DNA of 64,000 nt from an uncultured Actinomycetota bacterium (GTDB taxonomy: Bacteria > Actinomycetota > UBA4738), in the NCBI GenBank assembly GCA_963770955.1, contig CAVYRK010000011.1:906745-970744 (forward strand), given 5' to 3'. The notes below the pieces were generated by a model. That model saw only the letters and a program-made list of their open reading frames with translations, did not search any database and was not told the origin of the DNA. Position numbers and translations under genes: made by a program. Positions 39,988-51,587 of the stretch are shown piece by piece; within the stretch, counting starts at the first letter, position 1; each line of letters opens with the position of its first letter.

Positions 39988-40944
39988 GTGAACGTCACCT
40001 TCCAGGCGGCTCCCGGCATCAGCGGGATCGACACGAAGATGATCGGCCGCGAGATGGTGACGTCGGCGTACCTGCTCCACGGCGACGAACCCGCGCTGGT
40101 CGAGACCGGCCCGAGCCTGTCGCGCGAGGCCGTCGGCGAGGGGCTCTCGGAGCTCGGGATCGGACCCGACGACCTGGCCCACGTGGTGGTCACGCACATC
40201 CACCTGGACCACGCGGGCGGCGTGGGCACGCTCGCGCGCTCGTTCCCGAGGGCGACGATCTGGGTGCATCAGCGCGGCGCGCCGCACCTCGTGGACCCCA
40301 CGAAGCTCGTCTCGAGCGTCGAGCGCGTCTACGGCGCCGAGCGGGCGCACGCGTTCTTCGGCGGGGTCGAGCCGACACCAGCCGACCGGCTTCGCGCGGT
40401 CGACGACGGCGACGTGATCGCGTTGGGCGCCAGGTCGCTCGAGGTGCTCTACACGCCGGGACACGCCTCGCACCACGTCGCGCTCGCGGACTCGGAGACC
40501 GGCGCCGTCTTCGCGGGGGACGCGATCGGGGTGCACCTGCCGGACGTGAAGGTGCTCCGTCCGGCCACTCCCCCGCCGGACATCGACGTCGAACTTGCCG
40601 TGCAGAGCATCGAGCGGATCCGCGAGCGAACCCGATCGGTGCTGCTGCTGTCCCACTACGGGGCGGTTCCGGAGGTGAACGCCATCTGCGACCTGGCCAT
40701 CCTTCGGATCCGCGGGTGGGCCGAGGACGTGCGCGAGGCGCTCGGGCGGACCGACGACGTCGACGAGATCGTGAAGGTTCTCGAGGATCGCGTCGCTGCC
40801 GAGGACGTGGCCGACGCGGGCGAAGGCGCCGACATGGAGCGGTACGAGATGCTCTCGAGCGTTCAGGTGAACGCGATGGGCTTGATCCGGTACTGGCGCA
40901 AGCGCTGGGAGCGGGAGGCCGCCGAATCGGGAGCAGGGAGCTGA
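39988..40944 (+). CDS. MBL-fold metallo-hydrolase
   Basis: Contains the HxHxDH motif (VVTHIHLDHAGG) and a downstream YTPGHASHH. Confidence 0.85.
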   Translation: MNVTFQAAPGISGIDTKMIGREMVTSAYLLHGDEPALVETGPSLSREAVGEGLSELGIGPDDLAHVVVTHIHLDHAGGVGTLARSFPRATIWVHQRGAPHLVDPTKLVSSVERVYGAERAHAFFGGVEPTPADRLRAVDDGDVIALGARSLEVLYTPGHASHHVALADSETGAVFAGDAIGVHLPDVKVLRPATPPPDIDVELAVQSIERIRERTRSVLLLSHYGAVPEVNAICDLAILRIRGWAEDVREALGRTDDVDEIVKVLEDRVAAEDVADAGEGADMERYEMLSSVQVNAMGLIRYWRKRWEREAAESGAGS

Positions 40945-40986
40945 AGCTGTTCGGCGGCGTCGGCAGGTACCGCGTTCGGGTAATGA

Positions 40987-42273
40987 TCAGCCGGTCAGCG
41001 CCGCGAGCCGTTCGGCCGCGTCGAACGCGCCGGCGTCGTACCGGATGACCTTGCGAAACTCCTCGGCTGCCTCCGAGGAACGGCCCGCTCGCTGGAGCAC
41101 GTCGCCGGCCACGTACCAGACGCGGAGCTCCCAGGCATCGGCCTCGTCTCGGCGCCCCGGGAAGCCGCGGAGCAGCCCGAGCGCCTCGTCGTAGCGGCCC
41201 AGATCCGCGAGGGCGGACGCGCCCACGATGGCGGCCTCGGCTCGCGGCTCGTCGCGCAGGCGCGACCGAACGGCCTCCACCGCAACGGGAACGGCTTTGT
41301 CCGGCATGCCGAGTCCGCGGTACGAGTCCGCGATCAGGTGGTTCTGATCGAGGCGCCCCGTCATGCGGCGGTAGGCCTGGAGCTCTCGTAGCGCGTCGCG
41401 GTAGCGGCCGGAGCGGTAGAGGGCCACGCCGTAGAGCTCCCGCACGGCCCCCGAGCGCGGGGCGAGGCGCTTGGCGTCGGCGGCGGCATCGGCCGCGGCG
41501 CCGTCGCGCCCGCGTCGCAGCAGATCACGCGCGTGCTCGAAGGCCGCGATGGCGGCCTCTTGCTTGGCCTTCGGGGTTGCGGCGCGAATCTCCTCGATCA
41601 GGGGATCGCGGGGTCCCCGGCGGCCGGTGGCTGCACGGCGCTGGTCGGTCCCGAGCGACGTCCGCTGATGGGAGGAGGAGGGCTCGGTCCGGGAGGATCG
41701 TTCCCAGCCGGGTTGGGAATCGCGATGGTGACCCGTCGATGCGCGGCCACCGGCCGACGACCGTGACCCGCTCGTGGAGCGCGCGCTGCTCGCGCTCTGG
41801 CGCCGGCCGCCCGTGGAGCGGCCATGCGCTTCCGAGTTCGACGATTTCGATCCGGCCGTGTACCGCTTCGCCGACGACCCGCGCGCGTCCGTGGCCCGGC
41901 TTCGCCCCGACCCGGTCGGGCGCCCACTCCCGCCGCGGTCGGCCGCGGACGTCCGCCTTCCACCGCGGCCGGATGCCGTTGACCGGCTCTTCGCGCCGCG
42001 ATCATCGAAGGTCTTTCCCTTGCCGTACGACGTGCCCTTCTTCGCGTCGAATCGACCGGAGCCAGTTCGGCCGCTGGCGCCGGCGCTACGGCCGCTGGCG
42101 CCCTTGCCCGCGCTCTTGCCGGCAGTCTTGCCCGCGCCGCTTCCACGAGTCGAGCTCTTTCCGTGTCCTCCGGAGCCGCCGCGCGTCGCACCACTCGACG
42201 CGGAGCGAGCCGGCGCACCACGCCGGCTTGTCCCCGAGCCTTTCGGTCGTGGTGATGGCTTGCGGTCGCTCAT
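40987..42273 (-). CDS. TPR-repeat protein with a long basic Gly/Ser/Arg-rich N-terminal region
   Basis: ATG at 42273 (MSDRKPSPRPKGSG..). The first 240 aa or so are low-complexity G/S/R/K/T. The C-terminal 190 aa or so are TPR-like (YGVALYRSGRYRDALRELQ..). The track ORF extension to 42564 overlaps the 5S gene and is rejected. Confidence 0.65.
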   Translation of the reverse strand: MSDRKPSPRPKGSGTSRRGAPARSASSGATRGGSGGHGKSSTRGSGAGKTAGKSAGKGASGRSAGASGRTGSGRFDAKKGTSYGKGKTFDDRGAKSRSTASGRGGRRTSAADRGGSGRPTGSGRSRATDARGSSAKRYTAGSKSSNSEAHGRSTGGRRQSASSARSTSGSRSSAGGRASTGHHRDSQPGWERSSRTEPSSSHQRTSLGTDQRRAATGRRGPRDPLIEEIRAATPKAKQEAAIAAFEHARDLLRRGRDGAAADAAADAKRLAPRSGAVRELYGVALYRSGRYRDALRELQAYRRMTGRLDQNHLIADSYRGLGMPDKAVPVAVEAVRSRLRDEPRAEAAIVGASALADLGRYDEALGLLRGFPGRRDEADAWELRVWYVAGDVLQRAGRSSEAAEEFRKVIRYDAGAFDAAERLAALTG

Positions 42274-42299
42274 CGCCGGACACTCTATCCGGGAAACGA

Positions 42300-42325
42300 C
42301 AGGAGCCCCCTTTCGGGGGCTCCTG
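42300..42325 (-). terminator. rrn operon terminator hairpin
   Basis: CAGGAGCCCCC-TTTC-GGGGGCTCCTG, a perfect 11-bp stem about 10 nt downstream of the 5S 3' end. Confidence 0.6.
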
Positions 42326-42334
42326 TGCACGATG

Positions 42335-42453
42335 TCTCGGCGGCGACCTACTCTCCCACCCCGTTGCCAGGGCAGTACCATCGGCGCTGGAGGGCTTAAC
42401 TTCCGGGTTCGGAATGGGACCGGGTGTCTCCCCTCCGCAATGACCGCCGAAAC
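42335..42453 (-). rRNA. rrf: 5S ribosomal RNA
   Basis: Sense sequence is GTTTCGGCGGTCATTGCGGAGGGGAGACACCCGGTCCCATTCCGAACCCGGAAGTTAAGCCCTCCAGCGCCGATGGTACTGCC..GGGAGAGTAGGTCGCCGCCGAG. Confidence 0.92.
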
Positions 42454-42856
42454 GGTCTCTCCTCGCCGAGCCGACCCAAAGAGCCTGCCCTGCAAGGAAT
42501 CTTGCGAGGGTGCGAGCTTCGAGCCACATGCGTGGACTCGGAACTCGATAGCGAGCGCGAGCAAAGGTCAAGTCCTCGGCCTATTAGTACCGGTCGGCTG
42601 AACACGTTGCCGTGCGTACACCTCCGGCCTATCTACCTCGTAGTCTTCGAGGGGCCTTACTCCTTGCGGATGGGAAGCCTCATCTTGGGGCGAGCTTCGC
42701 ACTTAGATGCTTTCAGCGCTTATCCCTGCCGTACGTGGCTAACCAGCCATGCCGCTGGCGCGACAACTGGCACACCAGAGGTACGTCCGCCCCGGTCCTC
42801 TCGTACTGGGGGCAGCTCCCCTCAAGCTTCCTACGCCCACGGCGGATAGGGACCGA

Positions 42857-43576
42857 CACGTCTGTTACCACCGAACGGCCATCCGTTCGGGGGCCGGGTC
42901 ATTTCTGCCCGGCTCTGCATGTCGCCATGCAGGTCGGACCATATCTTCACCTCAGACCGTGAGGTGTTCGGCGTATGGTCTCTGAGGATTCTGGCTGCCT
43001 ACACACGATGGATCCGGCGATAGCGGCCGCCTCCGTTCATGGAGACTGCACGTTGCCGAAGGCATCGGAAGCCCTCTGCGCTCAGGTGCTCGCCTTGCTC
43101 CATCGCTCTCACGATGGACACGAAGGTCTCGAGCTCCTGCTGTTTCGCGCTCAGAAGGGGGTTCGTCTCGAAGAATGGGATGACCCTGGTCAGAAGGTCG
43201 GTTCGCTTGCGAACCACGTACACCAGCGTCGCGTCGGCCGAGCCGGCATGGTTCTGCCGGATGCGGCCGCAGCCGAGGCGTCGCGCTCTCAGGTCGAGGA
43301 CCTGACGGCGCTCCGCGTTCTGGCTGACATGGAACTCAGGGACGAGTTGCCAGCCGGCAACCGTCGATGCGTTCCTCTGTACGGCGACGTGGAACGTTCC
43401 CTCCCCGTCGACGAAACCCGCGATGTAGGCATCCAGCCTTTCCTGCTGATTGACCGCACCTGACGCATTGTCACTGCACACGACGGGAAGCTAACAGCAG
43501 CCTCCGACGTGGCGAGTAGCGCAGGATGCTCGGCGTTTCCAGCATTTGGCCGAATTTAGAGACAGCAAGGTCTCCT
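42857..43576 (-). mobile_element. Group I intron in 23S rRNA after E. coli U2604, carrying a LAGLIDADG ORF
   Basis: 720-nt insertion between GAGACAGU and UCGGUCCC. The guide sequence GCUGUCUC pairs with the 5' exon GAGACAGU, including the U.G wobble. Core elements are P AAAUGCUGGAAAC, Q AAUCAGCAGG, R CCUCAGAGACCAUA and S GAAGAUAUGGUCC. The last nucleotide is G. Confidence 0.88.
42999..43481 (-). CDS. LAGLIDADG homing endonuclease (single-motif type) inside the L2604 intron
   Basis: Contains YIAGFVDGEGTF and family blocks LGCGRI, VIPFFETNPLLSAKQ and MNGGG. The ORF lies between the intron Q and R elements. An ATG in the P element (43545) is one frame off and may be the true start. Confidence 0.85.
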   Translation of the reverse strand: MCSDNASGAVNQQERLDAYIAGFVDGEGTFHVAVQRNASTVAGWQLVPEFHVSQNAERRQVLDLRARRLGCGRIRQNHAGSADATLVYVVRKRTDLLTRVIPFFETNPLLSAKQQELETFVSIVRAMEQGEHLSAEGFRCLRQRAVSMNGGGRYRRIHRV

Positions 43577-43613
43577 ACTGTCTCACGACGTTCTAAACCC
43601 AGCTCGCGTACCG

Positions 43614-43652
<39 letters not shown>

Positions 43653-43653
43653 G

Positions 43654-43694
<41 letters not shown>

Positions 43695-43913
43695 TCCGTC
43701 GATGTGGACTCTTGGGAGCGATCAGCCTGTTATCCCCGGGGTACCTTTTATCCGTTGAGCGACGGCCCTACCACGAGGAAGCCGTCGGATCACTAGGCCC
43801 TGCTTTCGCACCTGCTCGACATGTCTGTCTCGCAGTCAAGCACCCTTGTGCCCTTGCACTCGACGCCTGATTGCCAACCAGGCTGAGGGTACCTTTGGGC
43901 GCCTCCGTTACTG

Positions 43914-43950
<37 letters not shown>

Positions 43951-44202
43951 GCGCTGTCCCTGACCCGGATCACGGGTCGAAGTTAGAGTCCCAGCACACG
44001 AAGAGCGGTATTTCAAGGTTGACTCCACTCGAGCCAGAGCCCGAGCTTCAAAGTCTCCCGCCTATCCTACGCAACGCGTACCAAAACCCAACACCAAGCT
44101 GCAGTAAAGGTCCCGGGGTCTTTCCGTCCTGCCGCAGGTAACGAGCATCTTTACTCGTCGTGCAATTTCGCCGAGTCCCTGGTTGAGACAGCGCCCAAGT
44201 CG

Positions 44203-44249
<47 letters not shown>

Positions 44250-44588
44250 GGATTCTGTTACTTGAAGACCGGTCGAGGCTGCACGATCCACTCGATCGGC
44301 GGGCTGGTCGTTTCCGCCAGCCTCCTCACGTCGCCGTGAGGTCCGGACCATCTCATCCTCTTCCGGGTCGAAGGAAGAGGGCCGGCATATGGTCTCTGAG
44401 GATTCCCGATCCCTATCGGAGGGCTCGGGCCTTTCCTGCTGGTTTTCCGCACCTCTCACGTTGTCACTGCCCGACTCACTCGGACGAGTAGTGGAGGATC
44501 CACCGGGTTTTCCAGCATATAGCCGGCTGCTCACCGCACCATCACTGATGCGGGGGGCAGCGCCCCCGGCCTGCCTGGGGGCTTTCCT
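44250..44588 (-). mobile_element. ORF-less group I intron in 23S rRNA after E. coli U1931
   Basis: 339-nt insertion between CCUAAGGU and AGCGAAAUUCC. It has the same P/Q/R/S core as the other two (UAUAUGCUGGAAAAC, AACCAGCAGG, CCUCAGAGACCAUA, GAUGAGAUGGUCC). A short hairpin replaces the endonuclease ORF. Boundaries are ambiguous by 2 nt because of an AG repeat. Confidence 0.8.
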
Positions 44589-44596
44589 ACCTTAGG

Positions 44597-45380
<784 letters not shown>

Positions 45381-46309
45381 CGCTTCGGTTCAGAGCTTCG
45401 CTTCCCGAAGGAAGCTAACCCATCCCCTTAACGTTCCGGCACCGGGCAGGCGTCAGTCCATATACAGCGCCTTACGGCTTCGCATGGACCTGTGTTTTTA
45501 GTAAACAGTCGCTTGGGCCTGGTCTCTGCGGCTCCCTCCAGCTCGGGACGCGAAGTCCTTCACCGGTAAGAGCCCCCCTTCTCCCGAAGTTACGGGGGCA
45601 ATTTGCCGAGTTCCTTAACCAGGGTTCTCTCGATCGCCTCGGTATTCTCTACCTGCCCACCTGCGTCGGTTTGGGGTACGGGCACCTCGAATCGCTCGCT
45701 AGAGGATTTTCTTGGCAGCATGGGATCACTCGCTTCGCCTGAAGCGGCTCGGCGTCGTGTCTCGGAGTTAGTGCCCTCCCGGATTTGCCTGGGTGGGCCT
45801 CCTACGCACTTGCCCCAGGACGACCATCGCCTGGGTCGAGCTACCCTCCTGCGTCCCCCCTTCGCTTCCCTAGTACCGAGCGGGTCGGTAGCCCCTCCAA
45901 GGTGGAGGGATTTCCTTAGCAGCTCGGATTTGGGATGGGCGCGATTGAGGTGGTACTGGAATATCAACCAGTCGTCCATCGCCTACGCCTCTCGGCCTCG
46001 GCTTAGGGCCCGACTAACCCTGGGCGGATGAACCTTCCCCAGGAACCCTTGGGCATTCGGCGGAGGGGTTCCTCCCCCGTCTTTCGCTACTCATGCCGGC
46101 ATTCTCACTTCCGACGCGTCCACGGCTGGGTTTTCCCGCCGCTTCACTCGCGTCGGAACGCTCCCCTACCGATCCCTCGACCTGGACGTACACGGTCGCC
46201 CGTGTACGCCGGGTTATTCGAGGAATCCCGCAGCTTCGGTGCTGTGCTTGAGCCCCGCTACATTGTCGGCGCGGAATCACTTGACCAGTGAGCTGTTACG
46301 CACTCTTTC

Positions 46310-46344
<35 letters not shown>

Positions 46345-46384
46345 CTGGGCAACTCCACATCCTTTCCCACTTAGCACAGACTTC

Positions 46385-46417
<33 letters not shown>

Positions 46418-46917
46418 CTCGGCTACGGAGCTTAGCCCCCGCAGCCTCACTCCCGGGCTCTTGAGTATCGGCATTCGGAGTTTGACTGAGATCGGTAAGC
46501 TTGTAGGCCCCCTAACCCAATCAGTGCTCTACCTCCGATACTGAACGCCCGAGGCTGCCCCTAAAGGCATTTCGGGGAGAACCAGCTATCACCGAGTTTG
46601 ATTGGCCTTTCACCCCTATCCACAGGTCATCCCCCAGGTTTTCAACCCTGGTGGGTTCGGCCCTCCACGAGGTCTTACCCTCGCTTCAGCCTGCCCATGG
46701 ATAGATCACTCGGCTTCGGGTCTAGAGCACGCGACTAAACGCCCGGTTAGGACTCGCTTTCGCTACGGCTTCGTCTTATGACTTAACCTCGCCACGTACC
46801 ACTAACTCGCCGGCTCATTCTTCAAAAGGCACGCCGTCACCCCCCGCTGGTTGCCCAGCGAGGTAGCTCCGACAGCTTGTAGGCTCACGGTTTCAGGTGC
46901 TATTTCACTCCCCTCCC

Positions 46918-46963
<46 letters not shown>

Positions 46964-47803
46964 GCCAGGGAGTACTTAGCCTTGGGGGGTGGGCCCCCCG
47001 GATTCACGCGGACTTGCACGTGGACCGCGCTACTCGGGAACACCACTCGGAGGCCGGTCGGCTTTCGCCTACAGGGCTGTTACCTTCTATGGCCGCTCTT
47101 TCCAGAGACATTTGGCTAGCTGTCGGCTTTGTAACTCCGTGATGGCGCTGCCGCACCATCGTGTGGGTCCCACGACCCCCGCATAGAAACGCCGGCAGGC
47201 TATCGCGCTATGCAGGTTTAGGCTCTTCCCCGTTCGCTCGCCGCTACTGAGGGAGTCGCTGATTGCTTTCTCTTCCTCGCCCTACTGAGATGTTTCACTT
47301 CGGGCGGTTCCCTCCTCATGCCCTATGTGTTCAGGCACGGGTGACTGGGCATGACCCCAGCCGGGTTTCCCCATTCGGACACCTTCGGATCAAAGCCTTG
47401 TTGGCGGCTCCCCGAAGCTTTTCGCAGCCTCACGCGTCCTTCATCGGCTCCTGGCGCCAAGGCATCCACCGTAAGCCCTTTACAACTTGACCGTTAGATG
47501 CTCGCGCTCGCTATGGAGTTCTCAAGGTCCATGCCCCGGACGCACGAGAAGACACCCTTCGGGGGCGTCTCCATCGTGGAGGTCCGTGGCTCGAGGGCTC
47601 GCACCCTCAGGACCGGACAGTGTGCCCGGCCGGCGTCCCGCCGCGTCCGCTTCCCGTTCCACTCCCGATCGCTCGGGCGTACTGGACGAAGCGTCTTTGG
47701 CGATCTTCCGGCCGAATAACCAGTGGATTGATTGGAGCTCCCGCCTCGTCGTGACCGTTCACCGCTGAACGGCTCGTCTCGCGGTCGGGATATGCCAATT
47801 GCT

Positions 47804-49332
<1,529 letters not shown>

Positions 49333-49522
49333 AGATGTTTCATCCCGGCCGGTATGAACCGTCCGGTTCTTACTTGGTTGTACGTTCCGCGTCACTCCAC
49401 CGAGACACGCCCGAGGGCGCACCCGGTCTCATGACGGGATGCACTGGCTTTTGGCACACTGTTCGGTTCTCAAGGTGCGAGGCCTCCCCGTTCAGGTGCA
49501 CCCGTTCCTCTGACATGCAAGA

Positions 49523-49545
49523 GGTCGCCGGCTCAGCCGGCGACC
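49523..49545 (-). other. Perfect 10-bp GC hairpin in the tyrS 3' region / 16S leader
   Basis: GGTCGCCGGC-TGA-GCCGGCGACC (sense), about 190 nt upstream of mature 16S. It could be the tyrS terminator or a leader processing or antitermination structure. Confidence 0.3.
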
Positions 49546-49672
49546 CTGGCGCTTCCGGACCGAAGATCATGGCCGGCTTACGTCAGGTCTCCACCTCTTC
49601 CCATGTCAGGGACGGGGTTCCCATCCAGGGTTCTCCTCTGCCCGGGATCTCACTCCAGGGCCAACCGGAGAT

Positions 49673-49701
49673 ACTGTACGGCCCTGCCCAGAGGCCGTCA
49701 A
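49673..49701 (-). promoter_or_regulatory. Putative rrn promoter (TTGACG-17-TACAGT)
   Basis: On the minus strand, -35 TTGACG lies at 49696-49701 and -10 TACAGT at 49673-49678 with a 17-nt spacer. It sits just after the tyrS stop, about 335 nt upstream of 16S. Confidence 0.4.
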
Positions 49702-49706
49702 CCGGC

Positions 49707-50943
49707 CTACCCGCCGGACGGCCCAATCCGGACCCAGGCGCGCCGGCCAACCTGCAGAGTTCGCCCCTCGAGCTCGGCCGGCTCGTACTCCCTGGCTCCA
49801 TCCGTCACGGGAACGCCGTCCAGACGAACGGCGCCCTCCTCGATCTTGCGCCGTGCGTCCGAGTTCGAGCTGGCCAGTCCCCACTCGGCCATGAGCCGCG
49901 GCAACCAGAGCCGTCCGCCCGGGGAGGCCGTCAGCGAGACCTGGCGGACGTCCTCCGGGACCTCGTGCCGCTTGAACACGCGATCGAACGCGGCCTCTGC
50001 CGCCGCCGCCGCCTCCGGCCCGTGGTACCCGGCGATGACCTCGCGGGCCATGCGGCGCTTCTCGTCGTTCGGATGCCGCGACCCATCGGCCAGGCCGGTC
50101 TCGACCGTCCGTACCTCCGCCTCCGGCAACGGCGTGCACAGGATCAGGTACGGAACGATGAGTCCGTCCGGCAGGCTCATCAGCTTGCCGAACATCTCCT
50201 CGGGCGGCTCCTCGATCCCCACGTAGTTCCCGAGCGACTGGCTCATCTTGTTCACGCCGTCCAGGCCGACCAGCAGCGGCATCGTGAACGCGACCTGCGG
50301 ATCCTGCTCGGCGTGGCGCTGCAGCTCGCGCCCGACCAGCAGGTTGAACTTCTGGTCCGTGCCTCCGAGCTCGACGTCCGCCCGGACCGCGACCGAGTCC
50401 TGCCCCTGCAGCAGCGGATAGAGGAACTCCATGATGGAGATCGGCTTGTTGTCCGCGAAGCGCTTCGCGAAGTCGTCGCGCTCCAGCATCCGCGCGACCG
50501 TGTACTGCGCCGTCAGCCTGAGGATGTCCTCCATGCCCATCGGACCGAGCCATTCGGCGTTGTACTGCACCTCCGTACGGTCCTCGTCCAGGATGCCGCC
50601 AGAACTGGCCCAGCAGCCGGTCGGCGTGCGCGCGCACCACGTCCGCCTCCAGCCGCGGCCGGGTCTCCGACTTCCCCGACGGATCGCCCACCTGCGCGGT
50701 GAAGTCGCCGACGATGAGCACCGGCGTGTGGCCGAGGTCCTGGAACTCGCGGAGCTTGCGCAACACGACCGCCCATCCGAGTGTCACGTCCGGCGCCGTG
50801 GGGTCGAGCCCGAGCTTCACGCGCAACGGCGTTCCCGATGCGACCGAGCGTTCGAGCTTGTCCAGGAGCTCCGCCTCGGGTACGACCTCGGCCGCGTTGC
50901 GGGTCAGGAACTCGAACTGCTCGCGCGCGTCGGTGCCGGCCAT
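49707..50943 (-). pseudogene. tyrS: Tyrosyl-tRNA synthetase, one frameshift as assembled
   Basis: [58 protein letters not shown]. After skipping one base near 50596 it reads [28 protein letters not shown] (KMSKS-like), followed by a C-terminal S4 domain. Confidence 0.88.
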
Positions 50944-50975
50944 GACCGGCGGATCGTAGCAGGGGGGGTCGCGGG

Positions 50976-51587
50976 CTATGCCCCGCGCCGGGAGACGAAG
51001 GCGCTGCCGGCGACCTCGAAGCGCCACGGGACGTCCGTCGCGCGCCGGATCCCGATCCGCGGCCCCGTTCGGACGTCGCCGTCCGGCGTCCGACGGCCGG
51101 TCGCGATCCAGAGGTCGCCGCCCGCGACGAGATCCACCCCGTTCTGCTCCCGCGTCACGCCGAACGCCTGCGTCAGCCGCGCCGGGCCGGAGCACAGCAG
51201 CCGCTTCGACGAGACGCCGCGGCGCCGCGCCATCACGGCCTCGCCCGACAGCGGCTCGGCGGCGCGCAGCAGGACCGCGCTCCCCTCACCCGGGCGCCGC
51301 CGTGACCACGTTCATGCAGAAGTGCATGCCGTACGTGAAATACACATAGAGGAAGCCGGCCGGTCCGAACATCACGTCGGTGCGCGCCGTCCGCCCCGCG
51401 AACGAGTGGCTCGCGGGATCGTCCTCCTGGTACGCCTCCGTCTCGACGATCCGCGCGACCAGCACCTCGCCGTCCAGCCTCCGGACCAGGAGCCTCCCCA
51501 GCAGCTCGCGCGCAACGACGGGCGAGGGCCGCGCGAAGAACCGGCGCGACAGCGGCCGGGGCGGCGCCGCCGTCCGCGACGCGCCCG
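50976..51587 (-). pseudogene. mpg: DNA-3-methyladenine glycosylase (Mpg/AAG family), one frameshift as assembled
   Basis: VARELLGRLLVRRLDGEVLVARIVETEAYQEDDPASHSFAGRTARTDVMFGPAGFLYVYFTYGMHFCMNVV. After skipping one base near 51289 it reads [27 protein letters not shown]. The start codon is unresolved. Confidence 0.8.

Noticed and set aside
41600-42270. Repetitive GSGR/KSAG-coding DNA as a possible CRISPR array or tandem repeat
   Set aside because: There are no fixed-length direct repeats with unique spacers. The periodicity is at the amino-acid level inside a continuous ORF. No CRISPR array, cas gene, IS element or prophage gene was seen anywhere in the window.
40987-42564. 525-aa version of the TPR ORF extending upstream to 42564
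   Set aside because: The extra N-terminal 97 codons run through the rrn terminator and the whole 5S rRNA gene. The internal ATG at 42273 is the first start downstream of the terminator.
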